64,000 nt of DNA from a virus (IMGVR_UViG_3300010213_000001:116701-180700), one strand, 5' to 3'; numbered from the stretch's first letter, positions 27,015 through 36,678 are shown. Notes: generated by a model not told the origin, from the letters alone. Made by a program: numbers and translations.

Positions 27015-27903
27015 TATTTAAGTGATCTTCTAATGTTCCTTCTGTTGAAAACTTACTACACATTGAAGCTGAAATTGTTAGTTTGCACTTCTTTAAAAGA
27101 ATTGCATACTTATCTGGAAAGGAGTATTCTGATGCAGGGTATTTATATTTTATGTGACCATAAATTCCATCCATACCTTCTTCTCCTAGATATTCCATTT
27201 TATCTATTTGCTCCTCAAAAGGAATATGATATTCATTCTCTTCAAATTCTCCATTCCATATATCATAAATCTGTTCAGCTATTTCTTGAAGTTCTTGTGG
27301 GATTGTTAATAATATATTACACTTATCTAATGTAGAAGGGTCGTACAAGCAGTCTGTAAGCTCCGATATTTCTCTTTTTGATTTACCGATAATGGGATTT
27401 GAGCCATCTTCATTTGATATTTTATACTTAGGACAGAATTCCTCAAAGAAGCTATCCCAATTACTAGATGTAATAATACAAGTTGTATAGGCAAAAGGAG
27501 TTAATAATAAATTATTTCTTGTATGCTTATTAAGATAATAGTTCATATCAGTTATTCCTAACTTTTTATAGTCTACAATCCAACCACTAGCTTCACTAGA
27601 ACTAACATCAAAATTAACACTGCTAATTGTAGTATTACTATTTACATCTATAGCCATTTTAGAGTCTGCCCCTTTCAAGAACTCCAACCACATCTGGTTT
27701 AATGTTTCTGAATTGTTATCCCACGTAGGAATAAATGGATTATCCAAAACATTATTTACTTCTATATCTTTAATCTTCTTCCAAGTTATTGTTAATTCTT
27801 TATGTTTTAACAACTCAGGTAGATATACATAAGGCACATCTACTATTACAGTAAGAGTCTTCTTACCTTTATTTTGTGTTGCTGCAAGTTTCCGCATTAT
27901 CAT
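26968..27903 (-). CDS. degenerate flavin-dependent thymidylate synthase (ThyX)-like protein
   Basis: RNNLLLTPF...IITSSNWDSFF, PQELQEIAEQI, EYHIPF and SASMC follow the phage ThyX layout, but the RHR..S....SxR signature reads KHKELTITWKK. Confidence 0.6.
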   Translation of the reverse strand: MIMRKLAATQNKGKKTLTVIVDVPYVYLPELLKHKELTITWKKIKDIEVNNVLDNPFIPTWDNNSETLNQMWLEFLKGADSKMAIDVNSNTTISSVNFDVSSSEASGWIVDYKKLGITDMNYYLNKHTRNNLLLTPFAYTTCIITSSNWDSFFEEFCPKYKISNEDGSNPIIGKSKREISELTDCLYDPSTLDKCNILLTIPQELQEIAEQIYDIWNGEFEENEYHIPFEEQIDKMEYLGEEGMDGIYGHIKYKYPASEYSFPDKYAILLKKCKLTISASMCSKFSTEGTLEDHLNNEQPFTHQIYNESRK

Positions 27904-28237
27904 TAGATTTAATTGAATCGTTTGAGTGATTTATATCTTCTGATTCTTTTAATGTTGTTCCCATTAAATACGCTTTAATTTTTCTTGAATTAGTGTCTAA
28001 GATAGGATATAATTGATTTACTCCAGTATGAAAGAAGTCTTTAGCATTTATCTTATAACATTTTGCATCCCAATATGTAATATTAGTAGGATCTCCTCTC
28101 CACCCTGTTTGCCAATTATATTCTAGAAATACAACTAATTCCTGTCCCCAGATACAATATAAATTCTTGTGTAATTTATATTCACTCAGTGGTTGATCTA
28201 TTACATACCATCTATTACCAATTGTTATTGTTTTCAT
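27869..28237 (-). CDS. hypothetical protein
   Basis: 122 aa ORF. Confidence 0.65.
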   Translation of the reverse strand: MKTITIGNRWYVIDQPLSEYKLHKNLYCIWGQELVVFLEYNWQTGWRGDPTNITYWDAKCYKINAKDFFHTGVNQLYPILDTNSRKIKAYLMGTTLKESEDINHSNDSIKSNDNAETCSNTK

Positions 28238-28337
28238 ATAGTTTATATTTAAATACTATCTAATAAATATTATAATAAAAATTTGTTAAACTGCTATACT
28301 CTAATCTATAAACAGAAGGTTTATCATTTCAAATGCA

Positions 28338-28925
28338 TTAAGTAGCCGGTATATACAAATTAATAGGATTGTCTTTGTGTACATCTAATTGATATTTATT
28401 CTTAAACTCTCTTAGATCAAATGGAGATGTTATGAGATGTATGCCATTCTTAGTTGGAAGTTTCATAATTATCTTCTCTCCAGTAGGATTTTGGCTATTA
28501 ATGAAGTCAGTTAATTCTTTTAACCAATCTTCATCAACATTTCCATCTATGTCAACTATCCATTTTTTGTTTGGGTCATCATGTCCATTACCAACAGCTT
28601 TATCATAGCACTTCTTTATTGCATGATGATCTCCTTTAGATAAATTATCAGCAACATACTGCATTGTTCTGAACCCCACTTTAGTATATGATCTTTTGTT
28701 TAATCTTAACATTGCTCTAGCTTTAAACAATTCACATAAACTCTTAATCTCTGGATACTTAGCTTCAAGATACTCTATACTACTTATATAGTAATTCTTA
28801 ATTACTCTGCTACTTTTCTTTAAATCAGTATTATCTTTGTTCCTTTGTATTATCTGTAGGTAATAGAAATCGTCCTTTGACTCAAATTTTAGTATAGGTT
28901 TTATTTGTTCTAGTACTTCTATCAT
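28338..28925 (-). CDS. conserved phage protein, possible AEP/primase-polymerase-like fold
   Basis: WIVDID and PTKNGIHLIT (DxD plus G.H motifs). Confidence 0.55.
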   Translation of the reverse strand: MIEVLEQIKPILKFESKDDFYYLQIIQRNKDNTDLKKSSRVIKNYYISSIEYLEAKYPEIKSLCELFKARAMLRLNKRSYTKVGFRTMQYVADNLSKGDHHAIKKCYDKAVGNGHDDPNKKWIVDIDGNVDEDWLKELTDFINSQNPTGEKIIMKLPTKNGIHLITSPFDLREFKNKYQLDVHKDNPINLYIPAT

Positions 28926-28951
28926 AGTTTTAATATTTAAGTAATAACAAA

Positions 28952-29341
28952 TTAAATACTAGTATGAATACTTTCATTAGCTATCACTAATCTTGTATTA
29001 GTTAGGAATACTAATGCTTCAGATAATGCTCTATAACAACTAATTTGCAGCTTGGTTTCATCTTTATACCTTTTAAAGTCTACTTCTACTTTATTGTTGT
29101 TATCAATTAGAGCATATAAAGTATAATTATCTTTATCTGAGTTATATCTTGTACGAATATTACAATTTGTGTGATTGTTAATAATTTTGAACACATCGTA
29201 TATTCGAAAGAGTCGCACATCATCAGTACCTCCAAAACAACATTCATCTAATACACTATCACTTACTACTTCTTCTAATAAATAGAATAAATTATCATAC
29301 TTAAACCGGCAGTTACCAGGTAGTATTAATATGTTTTGCAT
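28952..29341 (-). CDS. hypothetical protein
   Basis: 129 aa ORF. Confidence 0.65.
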   Translation of the reverse strand: MQNILILPGNCRFKYDNLFYLLEEVVSDSVLDECCFGGTDDVRLFRIYDVFKIINNHTNCNIRTRYNSDKDNYTLYALIDNNNKVEVDFKRYKDETKLQISCYRALSEALVFLTNTRLVIANESIHTSI

Positions 29342-30045
29342 TAATTAATTTTTCTAAAAGTTAAATTAATTCTAGAGTTTTGTACTTTTGTCTGTTTAGG
29401 AACAGAGTGTTGCCAAAAATGTTGAAGTTCTCCCTTCATTATTAGTAATGATCCATGAGATAGACCAATTTCTAGTTTTTGCTTGTGATCATCAATTCTT
29501 CTAATTATAAATCTCCTAGATTCTCCTAAGCTTAAAGAAGCTATTGTTGGATTTGTACCTAATGATTTTTCGGCGTCTGTATGCCATGAAATATAATCTT
29601 GTCCATCTCTGTACCAGTTTAGTAGCACAGAGTTATAAATGCTACTTTCTATAGCTTGTATATCATTCTTTATTTGTAATAGGTTATCTTCCCATTCATT
29701 TGGACTTAGTGCAAGTCCTGAATAAGTATAAGAACTGTCTTTATCTCCATACCAAGATGAATATCTAGGTAAATAAACTAATTTATCAAACATATTAATT
29801 TTATGATGATCCCATTTTATATTTTTAAATGGGACTTTCTTAATAAGTTCTTTACTATTAGTCTTTATATCTATCTCTTCAGCTTCTTCAGTATTCTCAA
29901 TCTCAGTCAGATACTTAAAGTAATAATCTGCTTTTTCCTTATTATAAAACTCTGGAATAAATACCATACATCCATTAGAAACTTCTATGTTAAATATTCC
30001 ATTGGTTTCCTTGCATTTATAATCAGTAGTGGCTTTTATATTCAT
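29341..30045 (-). CDS. alkB: AlkB-family 2OG-Fe(II) dioxygenase (ALKBH2/3-like)
   Basis: LLNWYRDG, HTD (HxD), IASLSLG, WQHSVPK, RINLTFR. Confidence 0.92.
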   Translation of the reverse strand: MNIKATTDYKCKETNGIFNIEVSNGCMVFIPEFYNKEKADYYFKYLTEIENTEEAEEIDIKTNSKELIKKVPFKNIKWDHHKINMFDKLVYLPRYSSWYGDKDSSYTYSGLALSPNEWEDNLLQIKNDIQAIESSIYNSVLLNWYRDGQDYISWHTDAEKSLGTNPTIASLSLGESRRFIIRRIDDHKQKLEIGLSHGSLLIMKGELQHFWQHSVPKQTKVQNSRINLTFRKIN

Positions 30046-30067
30046 AATAGTTTATAATTGATAGATA

Positions 30068-30214
30068 CTACTCTTTTTCTTTCACTTCTTGCTCATCTTC
30101 AGAGTCTGTATCTTCATCAATAACTTCTCTAATTGTTATAGTAATAGTTATTGTTTCAACCTCTTCATCAGCTTGAAAGCCAAATATAGATTTAATCCAT
30201 TTTATAAGTCCCAT
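30068..30214 (-). CDS. small acidic protein
   Basis: Not in the track. MGLIKWIKSIFGFQADEEVETITITI...EKE* (48 aa). Confidence 0.55.
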   Translation of the reverse strand: MGLIKWIKSIFGFQADEEVETITITITIREVIDEDTDSEDEQEVKEKE

Positions 30215-30219
30215 AAGTT

Positions 30220-30606
30220 TTAATTTTGTTTTGTTGAATCATGATTCTCTATCAATATCTTAATTATTTTAGGAGTAACTTGCATATCTACCCAACCAGA
30301 TTTAGTGAATGTGTCTTTGACTTGTTCTATATCTGATAGATTTAAGTCTTCCATTTTACCTAGCTCTATTAAGTCATGAGGATCCATATTATCAGATAGT
30401 GTTTTAATTATTGAAGGAGTCTTAAGTGTCCAGCTTATCTTCAAGCTTTTACTTTCTGTGTATATAGTTACTCCATCTAGGAAAAATTCTCCCTTAGTCC
30501 AAGGATCTTCTTGCTGTATTCTATATCTTAAAATATATTTATACTCTATACCATCTACAGTAATCTTTCTAGGTGCGTGATTAATAACTTTATCAATTAG
30601 AAACAT
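30220..30606 (-). CDS. hypothetical protein
   Basis: RKITVDG.EYKY...VTPKII; distant resemblance to 36343-36678. Confidence 0.7.
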   Translation of the reverse strand: MFLIDKVINHAPRKITVDGIEYKYILRYRIQQEDPWTKGEFFLDGVTIYTESKSLKISWTLKTPSIIKTLSDNMDPHDLIELGKMEDLNLSDIEQVKDTFTKSGWVDMQVTPKIIKILIENHDSTKQN

Positions 30607-30651
30607 AATATTAATTTTGAACTTTATTGAAATAAATACTCAATATAATTA

Positions 30652-30849
30652 CTATTTATCTTTATCAATTTTATCTAATTCAGCCTTAATTCTATTTAAC
30701 TTTCTTATATAGTAAGATTTAGGTTTTACTTTAGTATCTTTTCTAATAGGAGTATCTATGGCTGAGCTACTTAAATATTGTTTGATAATGTCTGACATTT
30801 CTGTTACAAGTGTCAGCTTATTAAGTAAGTCGTCGTTTTCTATACTCAT
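30652..30849 (-). CDS. hypothetical protein
   Basis: 65 aa ORF. Confidence 0.6.
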   Translation of the reverse strand: MSIENDDLLNKLTLVTEMSDIIKQYLSSSAIDTPIRKDTKVKPKSYYIRKLNRIKAELDKIDKDK

Positions 30850-30854
30850 ATTAT

Positions 30855-31265
30855 TTATTTTACACTATTATTTAATCTTATCACAGTATCTATAATAACC
30901 TTAGTATGATTAGCTAGTATTGCAATGTTGTTATAAGATTGATTGAATTGGACGAATCCCCCCATTATTGTATAATGGATAACATCATCAGTATAGTCAC
31001 ACCCCTTAAGATTGTGCTTTAATTGTAAAGCTTTATGTAACCTACTGTATATTACACTAAATAATAGAACCTCTCCTCTAGAATAGTGCTTATCTAAGAC
31101 ACGAATAAATTCTTCTAGATTATATCTAAATATATCTTTCTCCCCATCTACCATGGTGAGTTTGTCCACACTAACCCAAAACCTAACTTGATTCTCTTTA
31201 CTAGAATTAGGAAGTATTAAAGGATTTGGTATCATCTCAAATAGATCTATATTAACTGTTTCCAT
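30855..31265 (-). CDS. hypothetical protein
   Basis: 136 aa ORF. Confidence 0.7.
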   Translation of the reverse strand: METVNIDLFEMIPNPLILPNSSKENQVRFWVSVDKLTMVDGEKDIFRYNLEEFIRVLDKHYSRGEVLLFSVIYSRLHKALQLKHNLKGCDYTDDVIHYTIMGGFVQFNQSYNNIAILANHTKVIIDTVIRLNNSVK

Positions 31266-31266
31266 A

Positions 31267-31506
31267 TTAATCTAGTACCTTTATGGTTAGTTCTTTATTA
31301 TCTATAAGCTTAACAGCATCAGCTAAGCTGATAACTACTGTATACCATAGATTATCTTTAGCTTCATTAGCTGAACTAATTACTCTAGCTTTTATCTCAT
31401 TATTTATGATAATATTATCTCCATACTTTAAGTCTTTATTATCAAGAAATAACGCTAAGTGACAATGTGTGTCTGCTGTAGCTTTTATTTGTTTAATCTC
31501 ACTCAT
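31267..31506 (-). CDS. hypothetical protein
   Basis: 79 aa ORF. Confidence 0.65.
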   Translation of the reverse strand: MSEIKQIKATADTHCHLALFLDNKDLKYGDNIIINNEIKARVISSANEAKDNLWYTVVISLADAVKLIDNKELTIKVLD

Positions 31507-31507
31507 T

Positions 31508-32431
31508 TTACTTATTTTTAAATTTCCAATTACTATTTAGTTTGGGAGACCCTAGTTTTATTTTAGGATTTTTTAATATCTTAATTTTTTCATAGAAAAC
31601 TAAATCTTCTCTAGTAAGGTATTCTTTAGTTTCATCAAATATTATACTCTTAGTAGAATAATCTTTATATCTTATAACTATCTCACAGTAATAACTGTTG
31701 GTTAATTCTTCAATATGGAAATCTTTATATGGATAATGAAGATTCATATCTGTTATTAATTTATTAATTTCTATTATATCTTCGTCTGTTAATAAAACTT
31801 CAATAGGTTTTCTATAGAAAGATAAGTCATCGATATTAAGATATACCAAATCACTATTGTAACCTATGTCATACTCTTCTTTATAGTCTCTGTTAAAGAC
31901 TTCGTACTCCTCCCATTCCCCTAACCATTCTTTAATTAATACATCATCAATACTTGATTTTCCTACAAATTTTATTTTACCTTCTAGAGAGTTAATGTAT
32001 TCTTTAAGTTCATTTGGACAGGTAAATGTTTTAGCCTCTTTAGTCACAGATTTATCTTGTATAAAAGCTGACACATACTCTACTTCTGTATAATCGTAAC
32101 TCCGTGTTAGTTCAAATTCAAAGTGACCAGTATCTCCGAACTTCATTGTACCAATACCCCATTCATAAGCTTTTTCTAAATCTCTTCCGTCCAACCAAAA
32201 ATCATAATCGTAACCTTTAGTATCTAATAGACTAACTAGTTCTATTAAATCTGTAGTTTTTGTTAATTCTTCTATATCATCTGTAAATTCAGAATCATTC
32301 TTTAGAACTTCTATTACTTCCTCAAAAGATAGTTCTTTATAAGTAGCTTCTGTTTTTACTATTAACTCTATACTATCTACATTGCAAGTTCTTGCTTCGC
32401 TGTCTTTGTTAAATTTATAGTTTATTTTCAT
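31508..32431 (-). CDS. hypothetical acidic protein
   Basis: 307 aa ORF. Confidence 0.75.
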   Translation of the reverse strand: MKINYKFNKDSEARTCNVDSIELIVKTEATYKELSFEEVIEVLKNDSEFTDDIEELTKTTDLIELVSLLDTKGYDYDFWLDGRDLEKAYEWGIGTMKFGDTGHFEFELTRSYDYTEVEYVSAFIQDKSVTKEAKTFTCPNELKEYINSLEGKIKFVGKSSIDDVLIKEWLGEWEEYEVFNRDYKEEYDIGYNSDLVYLNIDDLSFYRKPIEVLLTDEDIIEINKLITDMNLHYPYKDFHIEELTNSYYCEIVIRYKDYSTKSIIFDETKEYLTREDLVFYEKIKILKNPKIKLGSPKLNSNWKFKNK

Positions 32432-32913
32432 TTTAATCTATTATTATGCTTTTCTATTACAGAATTAATAGCATTATCAAATGTTTCCACTGTTAGTATA
32501 GAATAAAATGAATTAGGTATGTTAATCTCTTTCATTTTACTCTTACCTTTCTTTACGCTAGTTATTAGTTTCATTTCGAAGGTCTCAGTATCTTCTTGCA
32601 TAAAACTTACAGAATCTATATCACACAATACTGTATCATCTTCTTGTATAATTATACAACTAATATCTTTATTTATATTCTCTAATAAAGATTTTAGTCC
32701 TGTTTCTACAGTTAGAGTAGTTATATAGAATATATGACTGACAGTTTTATTATTTACTGTATAATGTTCTTCACTATTAAAGTTATCTATTGTTCCTTCG
32801 ACTATACCTATTAAGTCTTTAAATAAAGACTTAAATAAAGTATTTATAGCGTCTTCTGTATTATATACAGCAGCTTTAGTTACAGGTATTAATAATATTT
32901 TAATTTGTTTCAT
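32428..32913 (-). CDS. hypothetical protein
   Basis: 161 aa ORF. Confidence 0.7.
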   Translation of the reverse strand: MKQIKILLIPVTKAAVYNTEDAINTLFKSLFKDLIGIVEGTIDNFNSEEHYTVNNKTVSHIFYITTLTVETGLKSLLENINKDISCIIIQEDDTVLCDIDSVSFMQEDTETFEMKLITSVKKGKSKMKEINIPNSFYSILTVETFDNAINSVIEKHNNRLK

Positions 32914-33139
32914 TATTTTTATTATATAACTCTAATAAATATTTATCAATATTATAATGTTTTAATACTTGTTCACCAATTAAAACTTTATCATTTTCTG
33001 GTTTATTTATCTCACCTACAGTAAGTCCTGTTGTTATTGCTACATCTATTATATCGTCGATTATATTTCTTAATTCTTCTCTTGAAAGTTCAGAAGGATT
33101 TACTTTGACTCCTTGATTATTTAATTTAAATCGTATCAT
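32900..33139 (-). CDS. hypothetical protein
   Basis: 79 aa ORF. Confidence 0.65.
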   Translation of the reverse strand: MIRFKLNNQGVKVNPSELSREELRNIIDDIIDVAITTGLTVGEINKPENDKVLIGEQVLKHYNIDKYLLELYNKNNETN

Positions 33140-33178
33140 ATTTTATTTATTTAATTTTGTGTCTATTAGATTACATAT

Positions 33179-33595
33179 TTAATTATGTAAAGTGTCTAAT
33201 AAAGACATCAAGAAGCTGTATCCCATCTTATCAATGCCTTTAAAAGCTTCTTGCAGTAGATTATATTTTGTAGGATTTTTATAATAAATAAACTTATTCC
33301 ATAATACACTAAATACTGGATTTACTTTATACCACTTAGATAGAGTATTTAGCTTCTTCATTTCTTCTACCGGAACCAACTTCTGTTTCCCTTCTATTAG
33401 CTCTTGAATTAAGTATCCTCTACTATCATAAAACTCTTTATGTTCTTTGGTAACTTCAATATGAGCTTGAGAATTTAACATAACGCTGTCTTTAAATTCT
33501 GCTATAGGATTAGTATTAATTAGATACTTCTTATTTCCACTTGTAAATTGAATAAATTTATTGTAATGATTTACAGGACTAATTGAATATTTCAT
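33179..33595 (-). CDS. hypothetical protein
   Basis: 138 aa ORF. Confidence 0.7.
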   Translation of the reverse strand: MKYSISPVNHYNKFIQFTSGNKKYLINTNPIAEFKDSVMLNSQAHIEVTKEHKEFYDSRGYLIQELIEGKQKLVPVEEMKKLNTLSKWYKVNPVFSVLWNKFIYYKNPTKYNLLQEAFKGIDKMGYSFLMSLLDTLHN

Positions 33596-33597
33596 AT

Positions 33598-33903
33598 TTA
33601 TTTAGTTAATTCATATAAAGTTTCACTATATGGTAATCTTATTACTTCTTTTTCTTCTATTAGCTCACCAATTGCTGTAAATACAGCTAACCTAGTAATT
33701 AGGCTATCCTCCATACCTGCATCTGTTATCATCTTGTCTGGTGAGGTCATAAACTTCATCTTAGTGTTATATCTGACGTAGACTATTGTTACACCTTCTG
33801 GTATTAAGCCTATGGGCTCTATAACGATTATACCTAATATTTGATATAAAAACATTACTAGTAAAGCTAAGATTATTAATAACCATTTTATTAATTTATT
33901 CAT
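33598..33903 (-). CDS. membrane-anchored conserved hypothetical protein
   Basis: N-terminal TM; VIEPIGLIPEGVTIVY...RLPYSETLY. Confidence 0.75.
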   Translation of the reverse strand: MNKLIKWLLIILALLVMFLYQILGIIVIEPIGLIPEGVTIVYVRYNTKMKFMTSPDKMITDAGMEDSLITRLAVFTAIGELIEEKEVIRLPYSETLYELTK

Positions 33904-33921
33904 CTTGTTTCATTTAAATTA

Positions 33922-34572
33922 TTACATTTTATTTCTTCTACTAATATTATTCTTGGTTCCAGATGGTTTTGTATCATCTCTTTCCCAAGCTATGTCAAAA
34001 TCACTATGTTCTGACATATATCTATCTCTGGCTTCATCTGAGGTAAATCCACTAACATATGTCCAATCTTTAGACTTTAAATCAATTTCAGATACTTTAT
34101 ATCTTGGCTGTTCCTTCATATGACATATAGTAACATTACTCGTCTTATCTTTTAGATATTCCATAGCTAAGGTATCACATCCTTTATAATCTCCTATAAT
34201 AAATCTATCGTTATTAGCTAATGCTATATTTATTAGAGGAATATAATGTTTGTTAAATTCATCAAAAGTTAGATTACCATGACCACTTATATAATAACAT
34301 TCACTAGTTACTCCTCTAGTATAAGGTACATATGAAATAATTAAATCATCTTCACCTTTCAGTTCTTCTAAGGCTCCTTCGTTTATCTTTATCACACATC
34401 TGATAGTATCTACAGTAAAACTTGAAACATCCACGATTATTCCTTTAACTTTATTATTTAAAGCTATTTCATCCCATTTAGTATAACCTGATTTAAGAGG
34501 TAATAGAAGTATTATAATCTCTTTATAGTTAAAGGTTATGTTAGCATAAGGTACTATTATTTTAGGTATCAT
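33922..34572 (-). CDS. SLOG-superfamily domain protein with an unknown N-terminal domain
   Basis: ISGH, IIGD..GCD..A..YL, RD..M...SD..IA, SGTKNNI.R. Confidence 0.65.
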   Translation of the reverse strand: MIPKIIVPYANITFNYKEIIILLLPLKSGYTKWDEIALNNKVKGIIVDVSSFTVDTIRCVIKINEGALEELKGEDDLIISYVPYTRGVTSECYYISGHGNLTFDEFNKHYIPLINIALANNDRFIIGDYKGCDTLAMEYLKDKTSNVTICHMKEQPRYKVSEIDLKSKDWTYVSGFTSDEARDRYMSEHSDFDIAWERDDTKPSGTKNNISRRNKM

Positions 34573-34650
34573 TTTGGTTAATTTTTATTATGTTAATTTA
34601 TTTATTATTAGATGTTAATACATTAGCTAATAGTTCTTCCCCTATCATAT

Positions 34651-35049
34651 CTATCTTCTTCTGTAGATCCTGTTTTCAGCTTCTGTCCTTTCCCATTTCT
34701 TTATAAGTTTTTCCTTATATTCTGTTAATTTAGCTTTAGGAGTCTCGTTTAGAAACTCAATAAATTCATCTGATGGCTTAACTTTATGTTTTAATACATA
34801 ATGTTCAGCAAAATCACCAGCCCAACTCCAGTTACCTAAAGCATATTCACTACAACCTAGAGGTTCTTTAGTGAGTCTAGAGTAACTAAATCCTCTCTGT
34901 AGTGTCTTATAAGCAATTTTCTCTTTTTCTCTTATCTTATTATAAATATCTAAAGCTTGTTCTTCATTTAGTTGATTAGCAATAGGCATCGGATAATTAC
35001 AATCCTTAGCTCCTGTGTACCAATAACCTTCCTTCTTTCTATTTTCCAT
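34651..35049 (-). CDS. conserved hypothetical protein
   Basis: EGYW...PMP, RGFS, SEY, W.W, HYV..H.VKPS.EF. Confidence 0.75.
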   Translation of the reverse strand: MENRKKEGYWYTGAKDCNYPMPIANQLNEEQALDIYNKIREKEKIAYKTLQRGFSYSRLTKEPLGCSEYALGNWSWAGDFAEHYVLKHKVKPSDEFIEFLNETPKAKLTEYKEKLIKKWERTEAENRIYRRR

Positions 35050-35060
35050 AACGCTTAAAT

Positions 35061-35219
35061 TTATTTAATTTTACTAAAAACGTGATTTCTAACTAAACTA
35101 TTACTTAAATACATAGCTCTTTTCTGCAATTCTTCTTTAGTTGACTTTCCTTATATTTGATATAAAGCTAGTAATATTAAAATTAATAAAACTAACACCC
35201 ATTTTATAGATTTTCTCAT
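35061..35219 (-). pseudogene. truncated paralog of 33598-33903 with a nonsense codon
   Basis: MRKSIKWVLVLLILILLALYQI*G vs MNKLIKWLLIILALLVMFLYQILG; TTA changed to TAA at 35151-35153. Confidence 0.6.
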
Positions 35220-35234
35220 TTAATAAAATTAATT

Positions 35235-35627
35235 TTATTCTATTATAGGTTTACGAGTAAGTGTACCAATACACCGTTCTAATTCTTTATCAAATTCCTT
35301 ATCTGTTATAATAGCATATCTATTGTTAATCCAATTGTATAAGAAATTAAATTTAGCGCTCTTGTCATTTATGATTATATCCATATCTCTCATATCACTA
35401 ATATGTACACGAAATTGTTTTATTTCTATGTTTCCAAAATCACTTACCTTAGTTATATCCCATATACCTATTTTAGGTGTACCTGCTTTATCTATATCAT
35501 GAATTGTGGGCACTACTCTAAAGAATGTTTTAGAATATGAACAATATAAATATATTGTTTCTTCTGGAGCGTTGAATATAGTAGAATCAACTTCTACATA
35601 ATCATAGGACTTTATTGTAACTTCCAT
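35235..35627 (-). CDS. hypothetical protein
   Basis: 130 aa; ends IITDKEF. Confidence 0.7.
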   Translation of the reverse strand: MEVTIKSYDYVEVDSTIFNAPEETIYLYCSYSKTFFRVVPTIHDIDKAGTPKIGIWDITKVSDFGNIEIKQFRVHISDMRDMDIIINDKSAKFNFLYNWINNRYAIITDKEFDKELERCIGTLTRKPIIE

Positions 35628-35631
35628 TTAC

Positions 35632-35856
35632 TTATTTATTATTTTGTAGATTAGTTGATAAATCTTTAGCGATTAAATATCCACAATTAGAGTTATGCTC
35701 CAACTTACTCATATCGTATTCCTCGTAGTTTACTTTTACTCCACATAATGGACATCTGCTAGATTCATAACCGCCCCAAGAATATGATACTTCAGCGGAT
35801 AATTCTAGAACTTGTTTACAAAGTTCTTGTATATCCTTCTCTCTATCATTATCCAT
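35632..35856 (-). CDS. small putative zinc-binding protein
   Basis: CPLC...H..NC. Confidence 0.7.
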   Translation of the reverse strand: MDNDREKDIQELCKQVLELSAEVSYSWGGYESSRCPLCGVKVNYEEYDMSKLEHNSNCGYLIAKDLSTNLQNNK

Positions 35857-35888
35857 ACTTTAATTAATTTAAAAAGATTTGAGATTGT

Positions 35889-36341
35889 TTACTTAATCTT
35901 TAATTGATACTCTGTTTTTATACACGGATTAACATTATCTTTTGAGTCTTCAACTACTAAATATAAATCAGTATTTGTATCTGAATAACAATCATTAATA
36001 TTTCTTACGATATGTTTAAGTATAACTCCTCCATTTTCAGTTGCAATAGTAAATGTAGTAGCTGTTGCTGAATCATCGTGCAGCGTTATATCCTCTACTT
36101 CTTTGATTATACTAACAATCTTACTATTAATTAGCTCTTCTAAGTCCCATTCTACATAAATATGATATGAGATTTCACAACACTCTCGTAAATGTGTAAG
36201 AATAAAAGTATAGTCATCATTCTTGAACTCTATGTACTCATCTATATACCCGTCTTTACGTACTTTTTGCTGTTTACTTATTTCAGTAAAAGTCTGACCT
36301 ATAAATAAGTCATAGATAGCTTGCTGATTTTTATTTATCAT
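35889..36341 (-). CDS. conserved phage hypothetical (H.xCCE motif family)
   Basis: THLRECCE...DLEEL...TTFTIATENG. Confidence 0.7.
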   Translation of the reverse strand: MINKNQQAIYDLFIGQTFTEISKQQKVRKDGYIDEYIEFKNDDYTFILTHLRECCEISYHIYVEWDLEELINSKIVSIIKEVEDITLHDDSATATTFTIATENGGVILKHIVRNINDCYSDTNTDLYLVVEDSKDNVNPCIKTEYQLKIK

Positions 36342-36342
36342 A

Positions 36343-36678
36343 TTATTTTAATCGAGTTAATAATACCCTTTCCTGTAAATGTAGGGATACTATATGGTTA
36401 ATGTAACTAGGAGTTATTACTAGTTTATCTTCTACCCAAGTATCTCCATTACTATCTTTATAATCTTTCCACTGAGTCCAACTAGAAGGATTATACCAGT
36501 CATCCAGTTCATGGTAATTTATAAAATTCTTAGAATCCAATTTATATAACTCATTATTAAAATACAAAAGTAGCTTTTTACTATCTACTTTCCATTTAAC
36601 AATAACTGAATCACTTAACTTATCATAGTCATCGTAGTATCTTACTGTAGTGGTTCGGAAACCTTTTAAATTAATCAT
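36343..36678 (-). CDS. hypothetical protein
   Basis: 111 aa ORF. Confidence 0.7.
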   Translation of the reverse strand: MINLKGFRTTTVRYYDDYDKLSDSVIVKWKVDSKKLLLYFNNELYKLDSKNFINYHELDDWYNPSSWTQWKDYKDSNGDTWVEDKLVITPSYINHIVSLHLQERVLLTRLK

